Positions 19,677 through 27,056 of a stretch of DNA of 55,618 bases are shown here, one piece after another. The notes under the pieces are model-generated. The model was not told the origin of the DNA and did not search any database. It worked only from the letters and a program-made list of their open reading frames with translations. Source of the DNA: Thermodesulfobacteriota bacterium (GTDB taxonomy: Bacteria > Desulfobacterota_D > UBA1144 > Nemesobacterales > N074bin48); contig JBFFSH010000004.1 of NCBI GenBank assembly GCA_041572575.1, forward strand, positions 1 to 55,618, written 5' to 3'. The stretch's first letter is position 1, and every line of letters begins with the position of its first letter. Both the position numbers and the translations under genes were made by a program.

Positions 19677-20279
19677 ATGTCAGCATTATTAGAAACTTTA
19701 GGACAGGTACTAAATAGTGGAGCAGTAGGTCAGATCAGCAGACAGATAGGTTCTGATGAAGGAACAACAGGTAACGCGTTGTCTGCTGCCCTTCCTGTAT
19801 TATTGGGGGCGTTATCAAGAAATGCAACCAGAGGAGATGGAGCAGAGAAACTTCTCGGGGCACTTTCTCGCGATCATGATGGCGGAATTCTCGATAACCT
19901 TGATGTATTCCTTCAAAATCCTGAATCCGGATCAGGAAGTGGTATCCTAAGACACATGCTTGGTGGCAGACAACCAAGAGTAGAGTCCAGCCTAAGCAGA
20001 TCAACAGGTCTTGATGCAGGTTCTATAGGAAAGCTCCTTGTTACACTTGCACCGATTATTATGGGAGCCTTGGGAAAATCACGCAGGCAAAATAACATGA
20101 ACTCAAGGGACCTTAGCGATATGCTAAATACAGAAAGAGCAAGCTTTGAAAGAAGCCAGCCCCAGGCATCAAATCCACTGAATCAGCTCCTTGATGTAGA
20201 CGGTGACGGAGACGTAGATATGGCAGACCTCATGAAAGGCGGTCTATCCAGTGTGCTGGGTAATATGCTTGGAAAGTAA
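19677..20279 (+). CDS. DUF937 family protein
   Basis: LPVLLGALSRNA, HDGGILDNL, GSGILRHMLG, C-terminal LDVDGDG. GAGGTGG RBS. Confidence 0.85.
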   Translation: MSALLETLGQVLNSGAVGQISRQIGSDEGTTGNALSAALPVLLGALSRNATRGDGAEKLLGALSRDHDGGILDNLDVFLQNPESGSGSGILRHMLGGRQPRVESSLSRSTGLDAGSIGKLLVTLAPIIMGALGKSRRQNNMNSRDLSDMLNTERASFERSQPQASNPLNQLLDVDGDGDVDMADLMKGGLSSVLGNMLGK

Positions 20280-20328
20280 TATTTTCTATAATATATAGAG
20301 ATTTCATTAAAGAAGTTTACTATTGAGA

Positions 20329-22275
20329 TTACTGGGGTCTTGTAACACCCAGTTTTCTCATTCGTGCTCTGAGAGTACTCGGATTTATATCCAATATAGA
20401 AGCGGCACCTTGTTCCCCATGCACTTTCCAATTGGTTTTTTCAAGGATTTTAACAATATGATTCCTTTCTATATTCTCTAGCCTCATTAAATTCAGGTTA
20501 TCCTGCAGTTCTATATTATCAATAAACTGATCTTCTATATGAAGTGTACTTCCCTTCGAAAGTACAATATTTCTCTCTAAAACATTTTGTAGTTCTCTAA
20601 TGTTGCCCGGCCAATTATATCTCAAAAGCTTATCGTGAGATTTAACAGAAATCCGGCGTATATTTTTACCTAATTTTTTCGAGTATTGCGTTATGAAATA
20701 ATTAACTAAAAGAGGTATATCGGATTTACGTTCTCTTAGTGGGAGCACAAGTACAGGCACAACATTTAATCTATAATACAGGTCGGCTCTGAATTTATTC
20801 TGCTTGATAGAAAGTTCGAGATTTCTGTTTGTGGCAGCTATCACTCTCACGTTTACTCTTTGAGTATTACTGCTGCCTACTCTCTCATATTCCCCTTCCT
20901 GAAGAATCCTAAGAAGCTTAACCTGCAAGTCCACAGGTAATTCAGAAATTTCATCTAAAAATATGGTCCCGCCATCGGCAATCTCAAACCTGCCAATTTT
21001 TTCCTTAACAGCCCCGGTAAAAGCGCCTTTTTCATGTCCGAATAACTCACTTTCAATAAGCGTAGGAGCTATGGCTCCACAATTAACTTTTACAAATGAC
21101 CTGGTATTTCTTGAGCTTAGGTTATGAATTGCCCTTGCTATTAGTTCTTTACCAGTTCCGGTTTCCCCCAATATAAGTACAGCAGATTCAGTCGGAGCTA
21201 CGATTTCAACTTTATTAAGAATTTTCTTAAGCTCAATATCTTCACCTATTATTTCTTCAAAATTGTCATTTAATCTAATCTCTTCTTTCAGGTAAATATT
21301 TTCATGATGCAGTTGGTCTTTTAATATCTCCAACTCTTCTAATGCATTCTTTAATTCCTGGGCCTGTTTTGCATTATTAACAGATACTTCAATTTCCTTA
21401 GATACTATTTCGAGCAGTCTCAACTCGTCTTCACTAAAAGCATCCATTTCCATCGCATGTAAATTTATACAACCAATAGTCTTACCACTCTGTTTTATAG
21501 GTAGTGACAGACAGCTTTTAGTGCCGAGCTTCAGTACTTCTGGGCTTGCCTGAATTTCTTTTTCTAGATCCTCACAATATTTAGCCTTACCGGTGGAAAT
21601 AATGTTCCAGACTATGCCATTTGGATATTTGATAATTTCAAATTGCTCCAAATACCAATTTGGAAGACCTGCATAGCCGCTTAGTACCGCATTATCCTGT
21701 TCTGCAAGATATATTTCTACACCGTTTATACTATCTAAATTTTCAAAGAGGGAATTTGAAGCATTTCTCAATACTTCTTTAAGGTCTATAGTCTTATGAA
21801 TATCCTTAAGAATGTTGTTTATTATTTCTTCATTTCTATTTTTTCTTGATAATTTTAAGAGGGTTTCCTGTAAAGTTTTCTCAGATTTTCTGGTTCTGGT
21901 TATATCCTTAAAAATACATACTCTTCCAATTACCTGATCATTTAACTTTTGAGGAGTCGTGATTTTTTCAAAAATTCGTCCATCTTTAAACTCCAGTATC
22001 TCAAAAGTATCCTTCAATCTGTTATTAACGAGTTCATTAAATTTCTCGTTGTAATCTTCTGAGTGCTTAACAAGAGTACCGAAATATTCAAAAATATCTG
22101 ATTTTTTCTTACTTTCTATTTTATCGCTGGTGATTTTCCAGACATCTAAGAACTTTTCATTGTAATAAAGAAAATTACCATCAGTATCTATGATCAAAAT
22201 TCCATCTGGCTCACTATCGATAGCCGACTTAAAAAAGTCGGTGTATTCAATTATATTTTTTTTGGTAACATTCAT
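20329..22275 (-). CDS. sigma54-dependent enhancer-binding protein, PAS-GAF-AAA+-HTH (FhlA/NifA-like)
   Basis: N-terminal PAS-like and GAF-like regions, GETGTGKE, intact [28 protein letters not shown]-terminal HTH. No receiver domain. Confidence 0.93.
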   Translation of the reverse strand: MNVTKKNIIEYTDFFKSAIDSEPDGILIIDTDGNFLYYNEKFLDVWKITSDKIESKKKSDIFEYFGTLVKHSEDYNEKFNELVNNRLKDTFEILEFKDGRIFEKITTPQKLNDQVIGRVCIFKDITRTRKSEKTLQETLLKLSRKNRNEEIINNILKDIHKTIDLKEVLRNASNSLFENLDSINGVEIYLAEQDNAVLSGYAGLPNWYLEQFEIIKYPNGIVWNIISTGKAKYCEDLEKEIQASPEVLKLGTKSCLSLPIKQSGKTIGCINLHAMEMDAFSEDELRLLEIVSKEIEVSVNNAKQAQELKNALEELEILKDQLHHENIYLKEEIRLNDNFEEIIGEDIELKKILNKVEIVAPTESAVLILGETGTGKELIARAIHNLSSRNTRSFVKVNCGAIAPTLIESELFGHEKGAFTGAVKEKIGRFEIADGGTIFLDEISELPVDLQVKLLRILQEGEYERVGSSNTQRVNVRVIAATNRNLELSIKQNKFRADLYYRLNVVPVLVLPLRERKSDIPLLVNYFITQYSKKLGKNIRRISVKSHDKLLRYNWPGNIRELQNVLERNIVLSKGSTLHIEDQFIDNIELQDNLNLMRLENIERNHIVKILEKTNWKVHGEQGAASILDINPSTLRARMRKLGVTRPQ

Positions 22276-22286
22276 TATTTTTAATG

Positions 22287-22317
22287 GTCATATTTTACAA
22301 CTGCTGTCATATTTGAC
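22287..22317. promoter_or_regulatory. tandem candidate upstream activator sites
   Basis: GTCATATTTTAC (22287-22298) and GTCATATTTGAC (22306-22317): 11/12 identical, 19 bp apart, GTCA-N4-TGAC dyad. Confidence 0.55.
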
Positions 22318-22375
22318 TAATATTTTTGAATACCTATTCATCTTCATACCTAACGATTTCCAAAATATTCCATAA

Positions 22376-22388
22376 ATTCAGTGACTTA
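22376..22388 (+). promoter_or_regulatory. candidate IHF site
   Basis: ATTCAGTGACTTA is one mismatch from WATCARNNNNTTR, preceded by an AT-rich tract and lying between the candidate UAS and the -24/-12 box. Confidence 0.4.
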
Positions 22389-22405
22389 AGACAGGTTTGC
22401 AGATA

Positions 22406-22421
22406 TGGCATACCCCATGCA
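22406..22421 (+). promoter_or_regulatory. sigma54 -24/-12 promoter
   Basis: TGGCATACCCCATGCA: GG and GC separated by exactly 10 nt, 36 bp upstream of the ATG with an AAGGAGGT RBS, next to a sigma54 activator gene. Confidence 0.8.
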
Positions 22422-22457
22422 TAAAGTATATTAACTTTTATTAAGGAGGTAAATAGG

Positions 22458-23201
22458 ATGAAAGTATTATATTTAGTATTTTCTCTATTACTCATATGTA
22501 TATCTTATTCAAAACCAGCAGTTTCTGAGCTGCCTGATCCGGGAATGGAAATTGATGATAGGACGGCTTTGGTAGTAACAGATCCACAAAATGATTTTCT
22601 TAGCCCCAAAGGAGTTACATGGGGTGTAGTAGGGGAAAGCGTTACAGAAAATAAGACAGTTCCTAATATTGAAAGCCTGCTAAAAATCGCCAAGGCAACC
22701 AATATTCCGGTTTTTGTATCCCCTCATTACTACTATCCTACGGATAAAGGCTGGATGTTTGAGGGAGCGCTTGAAGTTCTGATGCATAAAATCAATATGT
22801 TTGACAGAGCCGGGCCTTTATCTCTCGAAGGATTTGAGGGTTCGGGAGCGGACTTTCTCGAGCCTTACAAGCCCTACATTGAAGATGGAAAAACAGTAGT
22901 AACAAGTCCGCACAAGGTTTACGGACCCGAGGCAAATGACCTTGTATTGCAGTTAAGGAAGAGAAAGATTGATAAGGTAATACTTGCAGGTATGTCTGCA
23001 AACCTTTGTGTGGAAGCTCATATGAGAGAACTTCTCGAACAGGGTTTTGAAGTTACGGTTGTAACAGACGGCACAGCTGCTGCAAAGGTTCCTGAGGGTG
23101 ATGGTTATAAGGCAGCCATGGTCAACTTCAGATTTATGGCAAATGACCTTTGGACAACAAAAGAGGCCAATGAGAAAATGAAAAGCTTTGCTAAGAAATA
23201 A
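22458..23201 (+). CDS. exported cysteine hydrolase (isochorismatase superfamily)
   Basis: Signal peptide. Catalytic Asp (VVTDPQNDF), Lys (SPHKVYG) and Cys (GMSANLCVE). Confidence 0.88.
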   Translation: MKVLYLVFSLLLICISYSKPAVSELPDPGMEIDDRTALVVTDPQNDFLSPKGVTWGVVGESVTENKTVPNIESLLKIAKATNIPVFVSPHYYYPTDKGWMFEGALEVLMHKINMFDRAGPLSLEGFEGSGADFLEPYKPYIEDGKTVVTSPHKVYGPEANDLVLQLRKRKIDKVILAGMSANLCVEAHMRELLEQGFEVTVVTDGTAAAKVPEGDGYKAAMVNFRFMANDLWTTKEANEKMKSFAKK

Positions 23202-23279
23202 TCCTGGCAATACATATTTGCTTATTCTCTATGGAAATGATTTAGCTGTAAATATATATTAAAGGAGAGTTTTATATAA

Positions 23280-24479
23280 ATGAAAATCACAAAACTTTAT
23301 AAACTATTATTATTTTCTTTGCTGTGTATGTTCATCTCCCCCAAAATATCTAATGCACAAGCCATTGTAGTCCAGTTTCTTGGAACATCAGACGTAAGTG
23401 TACAGATGATAGACACCGATGGTGACGGAGAAAATGACGTGGAGTCTAACTGCTATGAAAACGACCTGGTTGATCCAACCAGCGGAGAAGTAGTTGGCAC
23501 TGGTCTTGATTGCCTCAGAGATATAGTAGCTAATGAGGATGGAAGTGTAACTCTTATAAGCAATATATTCTTTGATTTCGATGGATTCGGGCTTATTTCT
23601 TCTGAAGGTACAACCACGGTTCAGCCATTACTGACTCAATCTGCTCTGGATGCGGGGCTTACAAACGGCACCGGTTCCTTTTCAGATGAGGATACAATAA
23701 TGTTTGGCACAGGGGTATTTGAAGATGCTACGGGTAATGTACGTTTATCCGGCCTTGTTGACCTTAGCAGTTTTCCAAATGAAGCATTTTTTAACTGTGT
23801 TTTTGAAATAGCAGTGGATGGCGATCCTGCCCCAAATATCACAGGAAGCGGTGATGAGGCTATAGTAGTCAAATTTCTGGGAACAGACTCCGGACAGGAT
23901 ACAATGATCGACACCGATGGTGATGATGTAAATGATGTGGAATCTACATGCTTTGAAAATGATCTTGTAGACCCAAATACCGGTAATGTTGTAGGGCATG
24001 GAATTGACTGTCTAAGAGATATAACACCGGTTGAAGATACAAATGGTCTTACTCTTACAAGCAACATATTCTTCACATTTGATAGTGGAGGGCTAAATGG
24101 TCTGATATCCTCAGAAGGTACAACCACTGTGCAGCCCCTGGTTACAGATTCTGCATTGGATGCGGGTCTAACTCATCAAACCCAGTCCTTTAGAGATAAT
24201 GATACTATCAAATTTGGGACTGGTGATTTTGCAGGCGCTACTGGAAACGCCAGACTATCGGGACTTGTGGATTTAACTACTTTTCCAGACGATACCTTTT
24301 TCAATTGCATGTTTATTATTAAGGCAAACAGGATTGTTGGTGTTAAAAGCGGAAGCGGATGTGCTCTGGCATCAAATAATGATTATGCACAAAGCGGTGC
24401 TATTAATTATTTAATGATGTTATTGGTTCCGTTGTTGATAATTGGTATCAGAAAAAGATATTTTGCAAGTAATTCTTAG
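23280..24479 (+). CDS. exported protein with two tandem ~150-aa repeats and a C-terminal membrane anchor
   Basis: Signal peptide, two homologous domains, then SGSGC-spacer-hydrophobic helix-RKR tail. AAGGAG RBS. Confidence 0.85.
   Translation: MKITKLYKLLLFSLLCMFISPKISNAQAIVVQFLGTSDVSVQMIDTDGDGENDVESNCYENDLVDPTSGEVVGTGLDCLRDIVANEDGSVTLISNIFFDFDGFGLISSEGTTTVQPLLTQSALDAGLTNGTGSFSDEDTIMFGTGVFEDATGNVRLSGLVDLSSFPNEAFFNCVFEIAVDGDPAPNITGSGDEAIVVKFLGTDSGQDTMIDTDGDDVNDVESTCFENDLVDPNTGNVVGHGIDCLRDITPVEDTNGLTLTSNIFFTFDSGGLNGLISSEGTTTVQPLVTDSALDAGLTHQTQSFRDNDTIKFGTGDFAGATGNARLSGLVDLTTFPDDTFFNCMFIIKANRIVGVKSGSGCALASNNDYAQSGAINYLMMLLVPLLIIGIRKRYFASNS
23361..24320 (+). repeat. intragenic tandem domain duplication (23361-23810 and 23859-24320)
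   Basis: Shared blocks AIVV.FLGT, MIDTDGD..NDVES.C.ENDLVDP, DCLRDI, GLISSEGTTTVQPL, SALDAGLT, FGTG.F..ATGN.RLSGLVDL..FP...FFNC.F.I. Also visible at DNA level (GACACCGATGGTGA; GAAGGTACAACCAC). Confidence 0.95.
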
Positions 24480-24485
24480 AGTGAT

Positions 24486-24521
24486 TTAAACCCACCTCAA
24501 TATTATTTGAGGTGGGTTTAA
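24486..24521. terminator. bidirectional intrinsic terminator
   Basis: Perfect 15-bp inverted repeat TTAAACCCACCTCAA / TTGAGGTGGGTTTAA between convergent genes. Confidence 0.8.
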
Positions 24522-24534
24522 TACTATCTTGTTT

Positions 24535-25023
24535 TTAATCTCTCCATTTACTGAATACATAATCAGATTCTTTTTGAGACTGATGGCAGCTAAAGCAGCT
24601 TTGCCCTCCGTCTGCAACAAGGCGCTCTGTTTTACTGTCCCCTGCAAATCCTTCGAATCCCCAGCCTCCTGTGGATGCATATGCGGCTGAATCTTTTTGC
24701 ATAATACCAATTAGTTTTCTATCTGATTCCTGAATTGTCTTATCGGCCTGATTATAATTTAAAAGATCAAACACAATAACAGCACCATCCTGAAAAGTGC
24801 CTGATCTATAACCCTCAATTGCTTGTTCGTTGCCATAGATATGGTGTATACCCTGAAACGGATTTTCAAGCGGATGTCCAGGCTCTATAACCATTGTTTT
24901 TACATGTGTCCAGCTCCGGTAACCATCCGGATATGCAATCTGTGAGCTTTGTCCAACGGTTTTCATACACCCAACAGCTCCAACGACTAAAACAAATACA
25001 CCAAAGACGATAGATTTTTTCAT
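24535..25023 (-). CDS. cytochrome P460/c'-beta family lipoprotein (c'-beta type)
   Basis: Start moved to ATG 25023 (AAGGAGG RBS). Lipobox AVG-C. YPDGYRSW, F.DGAVIVF, GGWGF, C-terminal heme motif CFSCH, DYVFS. Confidence 0.85.
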   Translation of the reverse strand: MKKSIVFGVFVLVVGAVGCMKTVGQSSQIAYPDGYRSWTHVKTMVIEPGHPLENPFQGIHHIYGNEQAIEGYRSGTFQDGAVIVFDLLNYNQADKTIQESDRKLIGIMQKDSAAYASTGGWGFEGFAGDSKTERLVADGGQSCFSCHQSQKESDYVFSKWRD

Positions 25024-25048
25024 TAAAAGCCTCCTTATAAGCATTATA

Positions 25049-25069
25049 TTGGTATCGACTCTATACTAT
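25049..25069. promoter_or_regulatory. candidate MarR operator 1
   Basis: TTGGTATCGA-C-TCTATACTAT, 17/20 arm matches to the dyad ATAGTATCGA-N-TCGATACTAT inferred from both sites. Confidence 0.6.
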
Positions 25070-25096
25070 ATATCAAATATAAAACTACTTGTCAAG

Positions 25097-25117
25097 ATAG
25101 TTTTGCCACGATACTAT
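25097..25117. promoter_or_regulatory. candidate MarR operator 2
   Basis: ATAGTTTTGC-C-ACGATACTAT, 16/20 arm matches to the same dyad, ending 9 bp before the MarR start. Confidence 0.55.
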
Positions 25118-25126
25118 TATAAAGAT

Positions 25127-25696
25127 ATGAAACAATCGCAAATTCTGGAACTAATCGAGAGAATCGGAAATCTACTGAGAGCAGAGCAGAGGATAATAGG
25201 CTCTGCACAACAGCTTCAGCCTGTACACATTCAGGTTCTTGAATACCTAAACCGGTGCAATAAATACAGCAACACACCCGCAGGAGTCGTTAAATATTTT
25301 GGTATTACAAAGGGAACAGTATCACAATCTATAAATGTTCTTGAAAAAAGATCACTTGTAGAAAAGAAAACTGATCTTGCAGACAAAAGGTCTGTGCACA
25401 TTATTATTACTGCAAAGGGGAAAAAATTGCTAAAAACCCTTTTAATAAAAAGAAGTTCTTTTGAATTAGCAAAAAACACAGATAGCAAAATCAATAACTT
25501 GGTAGAAACTGAACTTAAAAACATATTAGCTAATTTGCAAAAACATAACTCTTATAACACCTTCGGAGTATGCAATACATGTAGACATCTAATCACAGAG
25601 CAAAATGGATTTAGATGTGGATTAACTAAAGAAGTGTTGTCATCCACTGATACAACTAAGATATGCCATGAGCATGAATACTCTGAGGCAGTCTAA
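25127..25696 (+). CDS. MarR-family winged-helix regulator with C-terminal C-x2-C-x11-C-x15-C motif
   Basis: ITKGTVSQSINVLEKRSLVEKK.D..DKRSVHIIITAKG wHTH, then FGVCNTC...RCGLT...ICHEH. Start placed at MKQSQ because the upstream in-frame extension runs through the operators. Confidence 0.85.
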   Translation: MKQSQILELIERIGNLLRAEQRIIGSAQQLQPVHIQVLEYLNRCNKYSNTPAGVVKYFGITKGTVSQSINVLEKRSLVEKKTDLADKRSVHIIITAKGKKLLKTLLIKRSSFELAKNTDSKINNLVETELKNILANLQKHNSYNTFGVCNTCRHLITEQNGFRCGLTKEVLSSTDTTKICHEHEYSEAV

Positions 25697-26127
25697 TCAG
25701 TTTTTTTATCGAATATCTCTGATTTTGCTAACCAAACAAATAAAAATCCCACAGTCAAACTAAGCAATGGTCCAAGATATTTCTGCCATAGGGAATTTAT
25801 AACGGCAATATTCGGATCAGCATTTAAATAAATAATTTCTATGGGCTCACCTTTTTCAGGAGCAAACAGATATCCATAAGGCCTGGTGTTTTTAAATGTA
25901 TGCGAATTACCACTTTGATCTTTAAATTCAACCGTCACATAAAACCTTGCAGAGCTTCCGCCAGACCTATGTCTTTCTATTCTTTTAACTTCCCCTTTTA
26001 CAGCAATCCCTTTAGAGGATAGCTGAGCGGAGTTATATAGATCGACCCCGCCTGTATATAGCAAGTATAGACCAGCGGCAGCTGAAACAATAATTATCAG
26101 CCAAGATTTGAGTCTGGCCTTCATCAA
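25693..26127 (-). CDS. DUF3592-like membrane protein
   Basis: TM helix, beta-rich middle (VKGEV...VTVEF.D..G...IEIIY...DP..A), second TM helix. Confidence 0.75.
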   Translation of the reverse strand: MMKARLKSWLIIIVSAAAGLYLLYTGGVDLYNSAQLSSKGIAVKGEVKRIERHRSGGSSARFYVTVEFKDQSGNSHTFKNTRPYGYLFAPEKGEPIEIIYLNADPNIAVINSLWQKYLGPLLSLTVGFLFVWLAKSEIFDKKTD

Positions 26128-26156
26128 AATTTAAAACTATAAACTAGCTTACAATC

Positions 26157-26471
26157 CTAGATGGAATACTTCTTGGCAGCAGCCTTTATATGTTTATCGG
26201 CCTTTTGCAAGTCAGCTGGAGACATAACTGGCTTAATATCTACATAGGCATCAAATGACAAGAACCATGGTTCAGCATATTTCGGAATCTCGGAACTATC
26301 CTTAAGATTTAGAAAAAACAGACCTGTTCTCATTCCATCTTCAGCTGTAAAATACGCAGCTTCTGGTTTTTGCTCGGCCATTATCTCTTTTATTTTCTTA
26401 CCAAGCATCCCGTCCATCACCATATCGTTTGCCGTTTCTACCGGCAGACTTACAGTCATTAGTACTCTCAA
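26157..26471 (-). CDS. conserved hypothetical protein (DUF3303/GYD-like alpha-beta barrel candidate)
   Basis: KPEAAYF, IPKYAEPWFLSF.A.V.IKPVM. TTG start with AGGAGG RBS. Confidence 0.6.
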   Translation of the reverse strand: MRVLMTVSLPVETANDMVMDGMLGKKIKEIMAEQKPEAAYFTAEDGMRTGLFFLNLKDSSEIPKYAEPWFLSFDAYVDIKPVMSPADLQKADKHIKAAAKKYSI

Positions 26472-26520
26472 TTGTTTTTCCTCCTACATATTGAACTAGA
26501 TTTATAATAGATTAAATATT

Positions 26521-26997
26521 TTAAGCCTCTCTTAAATAAATTTGTTCTGCTTTACAGCAATTAATTGTAATATCATCGGGCGGATTATCTTGTAATGATA
26601 ACTCTAACTTTACCTGCACATCAAATTTATTTTCACTAATATTTTTAAAATTAATTTCTATGATTGGTAAACCAACATGAATAAATAGTTCAGGGTTAAT
26701 ATCGGCAATTGATTTTAAATATATGTGTACTGTTCTATCTGAGGGTTCATTTGGCCAGTTATAGTTATAATGTTTCAATTCTAAAAACATCCCAATTTTA
26801 CCAAAAAACATTAGTCCGGTATCTAATAATCTACTTTCATTGTTTGAATATTTTCTTTTAGGCTCCCAAGGTGCTCCCTGTACAAATTTATTACCTGATA
26901 CTACCTTTGCTGATTTTAAAAAGGCATCGTGAAATCTATTGAAATAGTTTTCTACATAAATTGCATCCTTTTTATTTTTGATTAATTTACTAAACAT
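26521..26997 (-). CDS. hypothetical protein, AT-rich, weak Imm50-like pattern
   Basis: 158-aa ORF with an FHDA motif near the N terminus. Confidence 0.5.
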   Translation of the reverse strand: MFSKLIKNKKDAIYVENYFNRFHDAFLKSAKVVSGNKFVQGAPWEPKRKYSNNESRLLDTGLMFFGKIGMFLELKHYNYNWPNEPSDRTVHIYLKSIADINPELFIHVGLPIIEINFKNISENKFDVQVKLELSLQDNPPDDITINCCKAEQIYLREA

Positions 26998-27056
26998 TAC
27001 GGTAGAACTGTAAAAATATTAAACGTTTATTAATTTTATCCCCTAAGTAATCTCTC

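Noticed and set aside
23205-23222. Second sigma54-like motif TGGCAATACATATTTGCT before the tandem-repeat gene
   Set aside because: GG-to-GC spacing is 12 nt, not the required 10.
24535-25023. Evidence for hydroxylamine oxidation or nitrification
   Set aside because: The cross-linking Lys appears replaced by Phe, and no amo or hao genes are in the window.
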